A stretch of DNA of 64,000 bases from Ptychomitrium polyphyllum (lineage: Eukaryota), in contig OZ316776.1 of NCBI GenBank assembly GCA_973851085.1, forward strand, positions 13,144,001 to 13,208,000. The letters are read 5' to 3'. The notes below the pieces were generated by a model. That model did not search any database and had not been told where the DNA came from. It saw nothing but the letters and a program-made list of their open reading frames with translations. Both the position numbers and the translations under genes were made by a program. Within the stretch, counting starts at the first letter, position 1, and the number at the start of each line of letters is the position of its first letter. Below are positions 11,535 to 24,200 of the stretch, one piece after another.

Positions 11535-12932
11535 TCACACCGCGATCGCCAAGCTCTTCCGCTCCAGCCGTTGCTCCTCGATCAAGCTTCTGATCGACGA
11601 CGTCAGGCCCGCGTCTCTCAGGATTGATGCCAGTCCAGCCTGCCCGCGTCGCTGGAACACTCGAGGCTTCAGCGCCGGGGGCGTCCACTCGCTGTTGTTC
11701 ACGGCCGCCGGCGCTGCCACTGCCTTCGTGCTCGCCACCTCCGTAGGCCTCCTCGCCACCACATTCTTCACCTCCCTCATCGCCCGCCTCTCCCCGCCCC
11801 CCAGGTAGTCCACCTCCATCTCGTCCGCGTGCCTGCCGCTCCATCCGTTGTCCCTCGCGGCCATGCGCGACATGTTGTTCGACGTGTCCTCGCCGTGCGT
11901 CTTGTGCACCGCGTCGTTCGTCGTCCGCCTGTACGACGAAAACCACTTCGCCCGCATGTACTCGGGCTTCCTCCACGGCGCCAGGTGCATCCCGCTCTTC
12001 TTGATCGACAGCTTCACCGCCTCCGACATGATGTTCACCATCTGGAACAGCCGATCCGCCCTGCCCACGAACACCGCGGGCAGCACCTGCACCACCGCCT
12101 TGTAGCTCGACGACGGACGGGCTATCTCGAATTGCGCCCTGAACTCGATGTCGATCATCACGCGCTCGCTCTTGCCGGTCGGGCCCTCGAACACCACGTC
12201 CATGTACTCGTAGTCGCCCCCGGGGAAGCTCCCCACCTGCTCCCACCGCGACTTGCAGATTGCGGCATTGTACCCTCCGTTCTGAAGGTGCTTCATCACC
12301 TGCCGTCTCGGGCACCTGCTCGCGCCGCCCGCCGCGGACGCCGCATCGCTGGCCGCGGCCACGGCCTTCGTCGCCTCCGCCAGCAGCATCCGCTCGGTCG
12401 CGCTCGCGCTCGCCACCAAGTCCTGCAGAATCTCCGAAAGCTCTCCGCCCAAACAAGACCTGTACTCGTCCACCTCGTTGCAGTCGCACATCGACCCGCC
12501 CAATTTGCAGCTGCACCGCGACCTCGCGCTCCGCCCGCTGTCCGCCTCGTCCTCCATGAACCTGTCCACCATGGCGCCCAGGCACACGGAGTTGATCTCA
12601 TGCTCGCTCCCGCTGCTCGTGTAGTTGTACCCGAACCTGCTCTCCACGTCCGCTCCGCTGCCAAACAGCTTGCTTCTCATCCTCTCCGCATCGGATTCCG
12701 GGCCCTTCGATGGACCACCGCCTGCCGCTTCGCAAGCTCGGAGCTGCGACGACAACAATCCCATCGTCCTGCCATTCCCCTTCATCGTGCCCACGCGCAC
12801 CACCGTCGTCGCCCCGGACCCAGCGTCCTCGCGTCCCTGCTCCGCCTTGGCTCGGGCCAGCGCTCTGGTGCCGCTGCTGCTCCTCGCCTTGGAACCACCT
12901 CCCACCGATCTCATCGGCAACACCGCAGGCAT
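11535..12932 (-). CDS. DUF506 protein, 465 aa, intronless, copy 2
   Basis: Protein identical to 4252-5649 in the ORF track; constant offset of 7283 bp. Confidence 0.9.
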   Translation of the reverse strand: MPAVLPMRSVGGGSKARSSSGTRALARAKAEQGREDAGSGATTVVRVGTMKGNGRTMGLLSSQLRACEAAGGGPSKGPESDAERMRSKLFGSGADVESRFGYNYTSSGSEHEINSVCLGAMVDRFMEDEADSGRSARSRCSCKLGGSMCDCNEVDEYRSCLGGELSEILQDLVASASATERMLLAEATKAVAAASDAASAAGGASRCPRRQVMKHLQNGGYNAAICKSRWEQVGSFPGGDYEYMDVVFEGPTGKSERVMIDIEFRAQFEIARPSSSYKAVVQVLPAVFVGRADRLFQMVNIMSEAVKLSIKKSGMHLAPWRKPEYMRAKWFSSYRRTTNDAVHKTHGEDTSNNMSRMAARDNGWSGRHADEMEVDYLGGGERRAMREVKNVVARRPTEVASTKAVAAPAAVNNSEWTPPALKPRVFQRRGQAGLASILRDAGLTSSIRSLIEEQRLERKSLAIAV

Positions 12933-15900
12933 CGTCGCCTCCCTCCACCTCTCCCGAATCGCTCCCTTTCTCGGATGCGAACAACGCTAGAGAATGACCT
13001 TCCCCACCTGCTCAATATCCATAGAGCCTCAAAACTCTCACTTTGCGCTCACCAAACTGCAGCCGATCCTCCTCCGCTGTGTGATGGTCGCACTGGACAC
13101 TTTACAGTGTATATAATTGGAACACCTGAGCAATATCGATATTGATGAATTCCTTCAGAAAGCCTGATGGTAATCAGAATCTGCTGTGGAGAAGTTTATA
13201 ACTTGAAGGAAGGACACTGAGGGGAGGCCTCAAACCATTAAGCGGGCTGCAGAACTGCGGTGAAGATTTGGCTGTGAAAGAGTGGAGCTCCAAGACTTAT
13301 ACTGGAGCAGACATGTTTGCATGGATGAACATTCGATGCTCTGTTTCGTCCTTGGATAGAAGGCATTCGCCGCTGTGAGTGGGGAGGTTGCGTGCGACGA
13401 GTGAAATGACGAAGGCGACTCAGCAACGAATGATTCCTGGGAGGGTCAAACTCTGCAGCTTCTCCACCCCTTATGAACTGTACTAGATGGAATATTTCTG
13501 GTTTTAATATTTTGTGAGCAACAGGGTTACATGGAAACCGGGGATGGGAAGCTGTTTGGGTAGGGATCCAGGGTCTGATTTTTGGGGCCCATGTGCAGTA
13601 GGGCCCAGGGATGGGCCCTTTCGATTGCATGTTATGGTTGGGGCCCCACTAGACTCTTTTTCAGGGGTTTGCGATTTTTGCGATGTTATGTTTAGCATAT
13701 GAGTACATTCGCTGGGAATGTGTATCTCGCCAAATTCCTGGAGAGATAAGAAGGTGCCTAGTCACCTGGGTTTTGTAGCTGGGAGTTTGTTTGTTTGTGG
13801 ATTATTCAAAAGTTTGGGTTTGTGCTAGCAAGGGACAACTCTGGCCCGGTTGTTGTTGCTCTCAACTTCCCACTTGCTTCCCGTCTCAAGGTCCTGGAAA
13901 ATAGACTATTTTGGATGCCTAATTTTGGTTGGGACAATGTTCTTCCTATTATTTTTGGGTCAAATGTGTCAAAGCGTCATTACAAGGAAGTTGGAGGGGA
14001 CAATGTCATTATGTGAAACCCTTATGTACATAGTTGGGGTGGGTGGGTGTTTGCTTGCTTCTTGCCTTCTCTTCAGGATTTACAAAGGATGGCATGGCAC
14101 ATGCATCCACTCTAGATCCCAGAAGAGCAGACAGTGTGCATAATGAGTTCATGGTGCAATGGGACGAATGAATGTGATATCGTGGATGGTTCTTGTGGTA
14201 CTTGATTTGGTAGGTCCAACTATATATGCAATTGTGAATTAGAGCATTTTTACAGCACTCTTGGTGTTCATGGAAGTAGGGTATTATGTTACACAGGGTA
14301 ATAAAAAAACTTTAAGGTGATAACTGTGTTACTTTACTGCAAAATGCATTTAGGTACAAGCGCTGACAAGAATTTTTTTTAATTTTACAAATGAACCAAG
14401 TAATTACACAAAAGAAGACTACGAAGCCAGGTCTACTGGAATGCACCACATAATAGAATTGGGAACCCTTGTGCAGAAGAAAGGTGTTGCACAGCAGGCA
14501 TTATCAAATGCTGCAGGTGCTTGCCCTGTTGTCCGAGTAAGCAGTAAGCACCATTTGTTGGTATACGTTAGTGGTGGTCACATTGAGCATACAGTGCAGT
14601 TGCTGTTGCATAATTAACTACAATTAGGCAACAAAACTCAATGGATTGTAATTGTGCCACAAGTAATGGTGACTTTCTTTTCAAAAGTGAAAATTGTAGT
14701 TCTGTGTAATCGGTCAGTTTATTTATTTATGTATAAACAAATAGAGATTTCCATTACTGAAAAAGAAACCCAAGACAACTGAGATTTTCCTCCTCAAAGC
14801 TTAATGATGGAGAAACTTATTGTTTCTTTTAAGGTTGTTAGGAAAGGATAACATATATGGCCAAGCATAGAGCTCAACAGTATTACTTAATTCTAAACCT
14901 TCCCTTCTACCTAAGATGTTTTTACATATCCAAGAGATGTCAAAAATCATTAGTAATTAAATTTCAAGATTAGCACATTCTTCTAATTTGTCAATGATTC
15001 TTTTCAATGTAATTTCATCAAAATCTTTCAACTTGTTTTCATTATCAATAGTCTTAACATCCCTTTAGAATCAACAAACTCATGAGGCTATGTTTACAAG
15101 GAACATTTAGATTACATAGACCATTTTTAATTTTTAATTGTATCAAAATTTCCTCAACAAAGATAGCTTGGCTCTATACAGACTACATGGCCTAAAGACT
15201 AATCTCTAAATAATAGAAGTGGGGCGATTTCAAAACTTGTAAGTTTTTAGTACAATGACAATCAAATACAAAAGATGCAATTATTATTTATGATATCTCT
15301 AATTCAAATTCCTAGTTGGTTGAACCTTGGTCCATAGTTCCAAAGAGACCAAAAGAACATTCTTTTTTGCCAACTCTATTCAATTGCCATACATCTTTCT
15401 AATAAAAAAGATTTTTTTGTTAAACACTCCCACCATTTCCTATGAACTAAGTCATAGTCAAGATGTTTCTTTTTAAGCATTCATTTTCTTTTTTTTTGTC
15501 ATTATTACAATAATAGTAGTTTTATTAGCTCATGTATAAATCCACAAATCAAAGTTGAGTAGTAAAACTTGGCCGTAGAAGAAGCAACGCATTTTATTAA
15601 CATTTTTTTTGTAATTGTTAGCCTTAGTTTGCATGGCCACATAAACCTTATATATTTACAACTATAGTAACTTGCAACTTTAGTTTGTATTGGCTTGATT
15701 TTCTCTAGCCACCTCACATACTAAATCAAAAACATTGTTGCTGCAAAATTGAGGGGCATCGTGTGGATTTTTGGGTTAATTTTAAACACATCAATAGAAG
15801 ATGATTGTAATGGCGCAATAAATAATTGACCATATATTTATATAACCACATGGTTTGGAATCTTTTTTAAAAATTAAAAAACTTATTAAATGGAATTTTG

Positions 15901-18900
15901 TAAATGTCAACCTAATCTTTAACTTGCATCTATAAAGGACCAAATAATAATTTCTATTTTTACTTGTAATGAAAGATAGAAGTTATGGTTATTAGAAATA
16001 TTTCTTCCTTACTTCAAAATCTAATTTACTCTCAAACTTCCTTCAAAATATTTATTCCACTCTCCAAATATCAATTGGTCTTTGAATGTCAATTGCATAT
16101 AATATAATGGCTCTTACAGCTAGCCTATATATGTCTAGTAAAATTATCTACATTCATACCAAGTTTGTTTGTTAAGCGCCGCACAATATTCTTATCATGG
16201 ATTATGGAATAAAAATTGCATTATGTAGCTTCATGCCTTGCAAATTCTATTTTATATCTCACTTTTAATTATTCATGCATGTTTTGCCACCAAAGCCAAA
16301 TGAATATTGACATTCCAACCTACATGCTTATTAGACTAAATTATAATAAACTTATACTTTAATGGAATTTGGAGGTTAGAGTCTTCAAAATATAACATTC
16401 AAATGATTCATTTAGTTACTTATATTGTTGGGGCATCTATTAAACTAATCAAAATAAAACTGCCCCTAGGCTTTTATTAGCAACATACCTGGTATGCAAC
16501 TTTTGTTTTCATCCTAGATGTCATTCTTGTCCAAAAAAAACTTTGTACCATTATGCAAAAATTCCTTAAAGCCTTGAAAGTACATATTCAAGTTGTAATG
16601 AAATAATAAGGAAACAAATGGAATACAAAACTTACAATAAGTGTTTTTCCTACTAGGTTGAGTATTATGGTGGTTGAAAACTTTAATTTCTTCTCAATTT
16701 TAAAAATAAGAAATTTAATTCACATTGTTGATGGCTAGAGCGAGCCTTAAAGGTGGACCTAGTTCACCCAAAACAAAGAACCTATTTTGGATATACTGCT
16801 TGCTCCCAAATATTTCTAGCCATGCTACAATGCTAAATTGATTAAAAAGGTTAATCAATGTTACAATACCTCACAAACCACCTATAACAAGTGTAAATGC
16901 TGCATGAAAAGGGGCATTTCAACTACACAATAATCAGAAAATACTGACAGCCAACTCTTTTTTATAAATTGACGGTCCATAGTTTATGACACCTCTCCAT
17001 GCAAATGCTGTAGAAAATTTAAATGTAGTGTTGTAAAAATACTTTACCATGCACTTTGTGCAGATCTCACAAACATGCACAAAATATCAACCACATGAGA
17101 CCAGGATACAGTGAAGAAAACATCCTTCTTGTCATCATCAGTATTTGCACAAGATGGGTGAAGGAGCTTGGAATCATGGACAACAAAGCAAAAGCATTGG
17201 TTACCATAGGAGCCCTTTGCAAGTGTCCCAACAAAATATACCCCAGCTAGGAAATTGTCCCAGCCACGCATGTACTAGTGTAGCTTGCCCATTCTTACAC
17301 ACTTGAACATTGATAAAGGCTTTGGTGTGTGTATCAAGGTAAGTCACAACTATTCAGTCAGTAACCACACCATTCTATGATGACATGTCCTCGTAGTCTG
17401 CGCCAATTTCATTCACTTTATACCTGACTCAGGCTCAACAGTTGGAGGCCCTCAGAAATCACGGGTGCACTCCACCCTGGAACCCGTCCCAGTGCTCCAG
17501 GTCTCAAACTCTCTCCAACGTACTGAATTTTCTCTATGGGCTCAGTCTACACAGCCCGGGCCTGCCCTGCCCGTCTCGATTCCAGCAATGATTATTATAG
17601 GTTGTACCTTCTGATCTCAATCCGAGATGCCAATCTTCTAATTTAATATATCTAATTAAAAATCATATAATCTATTAAAATAATAAAGATGAATATTCCT
17701 GGGCCAGACCGCTTGCACACTTGCACTGGACTTGCACAGAAGCTAGAATAATCAAAATCCTTTCGAAATGATTGATGGCAATTTGGAGACAGACTATACA
17801 TGTACGCTTCCTTATATTGGCAATCGTCTTTACTAACGTGTTCTCTATGATACTCATGCATGTTCTCGCGCGTTCTCGTCCACGTACTCTAGCGTGACAG
17901 AAACATCCGAAGCGAGGGCGCAACACATGGCTTCCTCACTCTTCTTGTGTCCAGTGGAGTGGGGGTCTTCCCTATCCGTGCCCGTCAGAATAGCACGGTC
18001 CGCATTGCGCAAGTTGGGCATTCCCAATCATCGCCTTGGCAATCCACTCAGTAACTTACCGTTGCTACATATTTTCACCACGTGTCATTTTACTGTTATA
18101 TAACTTTATCATTTCCTATTATAAAGGTTATTAGAATCAGAAGAAAATATCTTTTAGAGCTTCGGCTGGACAGTAGAACCTTGTCTAAATATATAATAAA
18201 TGCGTATTAATCAGAATTTTTTGTGTACATACATTTTGCAGGCCATTGCCAGAGCATCTCCGAACACGGGCCAAGCTGCTATTAGTGAGTGAACATTGGG
18301 TAAAATTTACTAAGCAGTTGTCATTGTTAATAAAACATAAAAATGATGAATTCACTCTGCAGTCGAAGATAGATTTGTTTAAAATTTAAAATTTAAAACA
18401 AGTGGTGTAAGTTATAATATTTCAAGACAGATTGAAAATGGAATGAAATTTGAAAGAAGTAATTCACATCCCTTCAGAAGCTAGAGGCTCATGGGACTAA
18501 ACTAACACTTGTGGAAAATTTCTTTCAATTAAACCATAAAGATTATCTAACCTTCACATTTGCACTTTTTTTGAAGTGGACATTTTACTTTCAAGGAATA
18601 CACATGTGGCATAGGGTACATAATAAGGATCAGGTTCACTGAATCTTGTGCCTTTACACTGCAGTTATGTCTTGCATGCACCATCTGGAATGCATGCATT
18701 GCATATACATGAACCATGTAAGTTCAATCATAACTAAATTTTCCAGTTTACTATCCAGAGCAAGATACATTGAACCTGGACTATCAGTGCAACTGCCTTG
18801 GGTGGAATTAAGGGTTGCACTTGCAGTGAAGGGAATGAAATCTGAATCAACTATCAAAAACAGTTGCTTAGGAAATTCTGACCAGGGCTACGTTCACCAC

Positions 18901-19288
18901 CTAAGAACTGGTCACCAATGAAAGTAAAGCTAATTGCATGTTCATTTTTGAATATGATCTTCCTTCCATTGACTGCAGCTTAAGCTTTACTAAGTGGCCC
19001 TAATAAGGTTGGTGATTAGAGTGAACTTGGCCTTCTATAATTTAGTTAGAAGAGTCCCTACCTGATATTATTTTTCTACTTTCAGTGTGTAATAATATTG
19101 GATCTAGGATTGCCCAGTCTTTGGGTAAGATGGTAAGCTCATTGTGCCCTTGTTTTCAGGTTCTGTGGAAGCTGTGTGGGCCTATTTGTTGAACTTAAGA
19201 TGGTTTTATTAGGCCTTTGTATATGTTTGTTGTATTCATCTAGGTGGTGATCCCATTGGATGAGTCTTTTGCTATGGGAAATGTAATA

Positions 19289-19500
19289 TTTATATATTCC
19301 ATTTTCTACTATCTTTTATTTTACCTTTATTGAGTTGATCCTCTTAAATTACATCAAATGGTCAAATGTGTTTAATATGTAGGTAAGGCTATGTGTTTAT
19401 ATCTTCCACTTTATACTATCTTTTATATTACCTTTATTGAGTTGATTCTTTTAAATTATATCAAATGGTCAAATATGTTTAATATGTAGGTAAGGCTATG
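19289..19500. repeat. Tandem duplication of ~107 bp (2 diverged copies)
   Basis: TACTATCTTTTA..CCTTTATTGAGTTGAT..TCAAATGGTCAAAT..TTTAATATGTAGGTAAGGCTATG occurs twice. Confidence 0.85.
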
Positions 19501-20934
19501 GATGTTATTAGCACCTTGGTGTCAATAATAATCAAGTTTGATGGCTAAAGACTTATAATGTAAGAAGTTTTATTATTGTTAAAATGATTGTAGTCATAGT
19601 CTTAAGTTTGAATTATTGTTCCAATTCTAGTGCTTAATTTGAATCCACCTAATGTTTTTTTGTTGTTGTATTCTTTTCTTGAAAATTGATTCTTGTTGGA
19701 ATTGTGGCTAATGTCATATTCCCTCCTCCTCTCTTATATAAGGATGAATTTATCTTTATACATTTGGAGTTGTGGTACATGGTGCTTATTACTAAATTTC
19801 AATGGAATAGTTGCACCATCTTCTTTGCTTTTTTATCTAACTTATTTTGTTCTTACTTGCATAAATAATATTTTCATAGAATTTGGAATTTTTAATAAAT
19901 TTTGGAATGCCAAACTTATGAAAAAATACCTTAAATTATAGCGATGTCTAAAATTTAAAGCCATAATCATAATGGAACTTGAGCATCTTTCATCAAATGT
20001 GGTACTCTAAAATTCATTAAAAGCCTTAATGGAAGTCTTATTTGTATTGCATCAAGTCAATATAACAATCATTCATTTTATTGCAAAATAACATTGGCAC
20101 CACCTCAAATTTCAAGGTAATTTTATGTTATCTAAACAACCTTCTTCTTTCTTGCTCCTATTTCTATCATTATATTTCATCGCTTACTTTTATAAATTGC
20201 AATGTATATTCTTAGTTCCAAAAATAAATTGTTATCGACATCCATTCCCAAACCTTGTTTCAACAATCCCGCCATCTCATTTTCCATCCAATGATAGTGC
20301 TACATAAAGTTCTTCAATAATATACACTTTGGAATTAATATATCCCTAATGTCTTTACAAATAAAATCTAAATTTTATTGTTGAAATGAAAAATCTTGCA
20401 TTAAAGTGAAGAACAACGTTTTCATTGCAATCTTTTTATTAAACATTTTAAAATAAAAGGAATTATTCCTTAGTCCATTAATTGTAATCATCGAGCATCT
20501 TTAAAGCTTAGCATTGAGCCTTGTTAATGAATTTGTTAAGGCAGTTAAAAATCTAATGAATGTTGTTACTACCAAGTGGTCTTGCAAATATCTTGTTTCA
20601 ACTTCAAACACTTCTACCAAAATTTGGACCTTCTTCATTTAAATCCTTGTTAAGACATATAAATAGTTATAGCATGTTTGTCTGGTAGAATTTTTTCCTA
20701 CTTAGACTTCATATGATTAATTTATATTTGGTGATCATAAGTGCGCATCATCTCTTCCCCCTTGTGATTTCTAATTCCTTCTATTGCTTAGTTACGTTAT
20801 ATTATTTGAATTTTTACATTTCTTTCTTATTGCTCTTGCTTCTTTGATGCACTCACAACTCTCATGCACTCTCTTTAAAGAATAATTTAATGATATGCAC
20901 CTCCTACAAAAAAAATTCATAATTCAAATTAAAT

Positions 20935-20978
20935 CAATAAGACATGTGTGATCAACAATAAGACATGTGTGATCAACA
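20935..20978. repeat. 21-bp tandem duplication CAATAAGACATGTGTGATCAA x2
   Basis: Read directly. Confidence 0.85.
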
Positions 20979-21055
20979 TACATTAAAACTACATCAATGT
21001 AGAATTCTCCATTAAAAATTTGAGGCAAAGAAACATTCTACATTCTATTAGTGTT

Positions 21056-21234
21056 GCACAAAACTTCCTACAAAATCACGCACAAAACTTCCTACAAAAC
21101 CTCGCACAAAACTTCCTACAAAACCTCGCACAAAACTTCCTACAAAACCTCACACAAAACTTCCTACAAAACCTCACACAAAACTTCCTACAAAACCTCA
21201 CACAAAACTTCCTACAAAACCTCGCACAAAACCT
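21056..21234. repeat. Minisatellite, 24-bp unit RCACAAAACTTCCTACAAAACCTC, ~7.5 copies (dimer of 12-bp subunits)
   Basis: Read directly; accounts for the repetitive ORFs QNFLQNLA, HKTSYKTS and RFCRKFCA. Confidence 0.95.
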
Positions 21235-24200
21235 TGGAGCATCATCGCCCTCCTTTTTCATCCGACCTCAATGCTTCCATGTTTGATGGGTGGTCCACTC
21301 CATTATTATAGAATACTATAGAATTTTATTCTGGTTGTGAGGGAGTTGACTTTCTGCGAAACTCCTTATCTGTACTAGATAGAATTACCAAATTTTATGC
21401 AAGCCGCATGCAGCGCGATTCCTGAAGCATCTGCAGTTGGATACATGAATGTGTGCCATACGCAGTATTCGGGACAAAAGAAATGGAAACCGCAAATCAT
21501 GGAAATATGCACAAAATCTTAGAAAATTCCTCATCTCTAGATTTCATAAATTTCCATTTCCTAAAACTAATCAAAATATAGTTTCATATGCTATTCAAAG
21601 AACATGTATCTTAAATCTTATTTTACATAGTGCTACAAATTGGTTTGGGTACATTGTCATTCACGTGGATTTTAAATTGTTTCCCTTTATAGTCTTTATA
21701 ACCATTACAACTTTAGTTCTGACTCATGCAGAATTCTAAAACAACTTTATAGAGGCCCATCCTAACAAACAGTGTGAAGAGGCATCAATGGAATATTCTA
21801 TACTCGGATGCTGCTGTAAAGATGGTGAAGCTGCTCCATTCTCTGATTCTAGTTTTACAGTGCAGACTCATGTCTCCAGGTACAGTAGTGTAAATGTCTG
21901 CCTTGGAAGTTTACAATGTACACTGAGTTTCCTTAGTAAATCTAAAACACATGATGTTCATTTTAACCTTAGAACTGCACATTATGCATTTTATGAGGCA
22001 GTTGCAACAAACCATACCCATGGCTACAATATCTATTTGTATTTCCCACTATATCCATGTTTCTTCAAAATTTGTTGGGACATACATTTATGTATTGGAA
22101 TGACTTATCATTTGCAAGGAACAAATGCAACCTACTGCCTTGCACTACTGCCTTACCCTCATTTATGTGCAACAAGATCATCCCAGGTTAATAGGTTATG
22201 TAGAATGTACATTTGGAAATATTCTAGTAAGTGAATGAATGTAACCTCCTACCAGTAACTCACCATCACACTATAGGAAGGTAATACTCATCCACTATAG
22301 TGACTAGACTCTGGAAGTCTAGAATGGCCTTGACATAGGCTTTATCCAAGGAGTCTGGAGTCTGAACGTCTGGACACCATCATGACTTGATGGTGTTATC
22401 ACCAACTGACACTGACAGAAATTCTAATATACAACATATAATTGATCTGTTCTCCGGAGGTACATATTGTACCTACCTTACATAAGTTGCATCCTCCATA
22501 CCAAATATCAATCAACTGCACCATCATTCACCCAGTAGACAATGTCCACCTGGAAAGTCCGATGGAGGCTGCCCTTGGAATCTAAGGGCCTGTGTGCACC
22601 CCAGAGTTTGGGCCAAAGCCCAAGAAGGCCTATGGGCCTGGTGTGATGAGAGCACTGCTGCCATTTTTGATCTATCAGTAACTTACTGTAAGGTATGTGT
22701 AAGTTGTAACTTAGTCCTGAAGGTGGTTGTAATAAAGCTCATTACTTCACATTTGTATGAATGGCACATGACATCCCCACAACATAATAATCTTCAGCAT
22801 CCATGCTCCAAGGAGCATTCTCTGGGCTTGTGGCCAATTCACAAATGAAATGCTTCAAATCAGTATAATTCAGAAAATGTGCTCAAAAGCAATGTGCGTA
22901 AGAATGTTAAATCTACTAAGATAGAAAATAAAATGTATTTGGAGGAAGCATGGGCTTCTTGGCTTGGAAAATACATAAACTTGGCTTGCTTCATTTGTAA
23001 TTATAAGATATTGTATTTACATAGGAGGTATGTCAGTAAATAACTCTTCTTATGATGATAAAAATTCATGTCCACTTGTAATTGGTTGGCTTCTAAAATT
23101 TATATAAAAATTGTAATTTCCTTGGCAAATTGATGAATTTCCTATACAACTAAAGTACATATCATCATGCAATATGTTTTTTGAAAATATTTAATAACAG
23201 TAAATTGGCATTTGTGGCTAAGGATCATAATAAGCAACTAGCACTTGAATGATTCATGATTGTGAAAAAATTCATATGAGGCTAGGGTCATGAAGACTTA
23301 AAGACTTGCCTCAATTACTTTAAATATTTAAATAAAGAGCTAAGAAACATTACATAACTTGAGTTTTTTATTCATTAAATTTTGTAAAGAATTTGCATAT
23401 AAAATGTCTTTAAATCAATTAAAATGATATTACTTAAAAAAAAAAAATCAAAAACCAATTGATTGGGTCAATTTTGTTAATATTGGTTTATATATAAATG
23501 CTCAATGAATGATGAAAATATGGTTTAAAAATAGTTTCAAAGAAATGAATTTACTTTCAAAAAACTTCCATAAGTAATTCTTATGGCATAAATTCCATAT
23601 GTAAGTTGATTCTAAGTTGTAAATGTGACTAGACTTGCTTTTAGTCAATGTAGACTTACAATTAGTACACATTAAAAATAATCTTATTACATTTAATTCA
23701 AGAATGCCTTTCATTCATCATAACAATTTTTAGGTGGATGATCTTATATTGTTACTATAATAAAGCATGTGAATCAAATATTTTAATGTATGTAATATTT
23801 TAAAATAAAACACTCAAAAAAGAACTAAAATACTATTTTACTACTATTCATCTTTGTACAAGGACATTCAATTAAAAATATATACTTTAATGAAAAATTA
23901 AACAAAAATTGAGTTTTTTCATGTTTGGCTCATAATTTTTAAAATAAAAATTTAGATGCATGATTGATTGATTTAGGTGAAGAACTAACTTAATTATTTT
24001 AGATTGATTGATCTTAGCAATATTTTTCTAGTTTTGAAGTATTCTTCTAATTTAGAAAAGTTGAGCGTTTTTTCAACTTGAATATTCGAATTTAGCAATC
24101 ATTTATATTATAGTCATAATATTTTCATTATAGCCAAACTGCTTCATAAAAGTGTTTAACTTTTTTTTCATTTTATGATTAAAGTAGTTTGCTTTTTCAA

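Larger units (their letters stand above)
4062..13063. repeat. Direct duplication: 4062-5780 = 11345-13063 (1719 bp), plus a conserved outlying block ~3733-3920 / ~11033-11220
   Basis: Both copies start GCAACATCCAGCCCAAAAC and end CACCAAACTGCAGC; the overlapping ORFs translate identically across the tract; one mismatch then 9 more matching nt before flanks become unrelated. Confidence 0.92.

Noticed and set aside
13520..13660. Cluster of GGGCCC motifs and a CAGGGTT end suggesting a hAT-type terminus or site-II elements
   Set aside because: No matching opposite terminus or TSD found; function cannot be distinguished.
21020..21311. Repetitive ORFs (QNFLQNLA, HKTSYKTS, RFCRKFCA)
   Set aside because: Translation artefacts of the 24-bp minisatellite.
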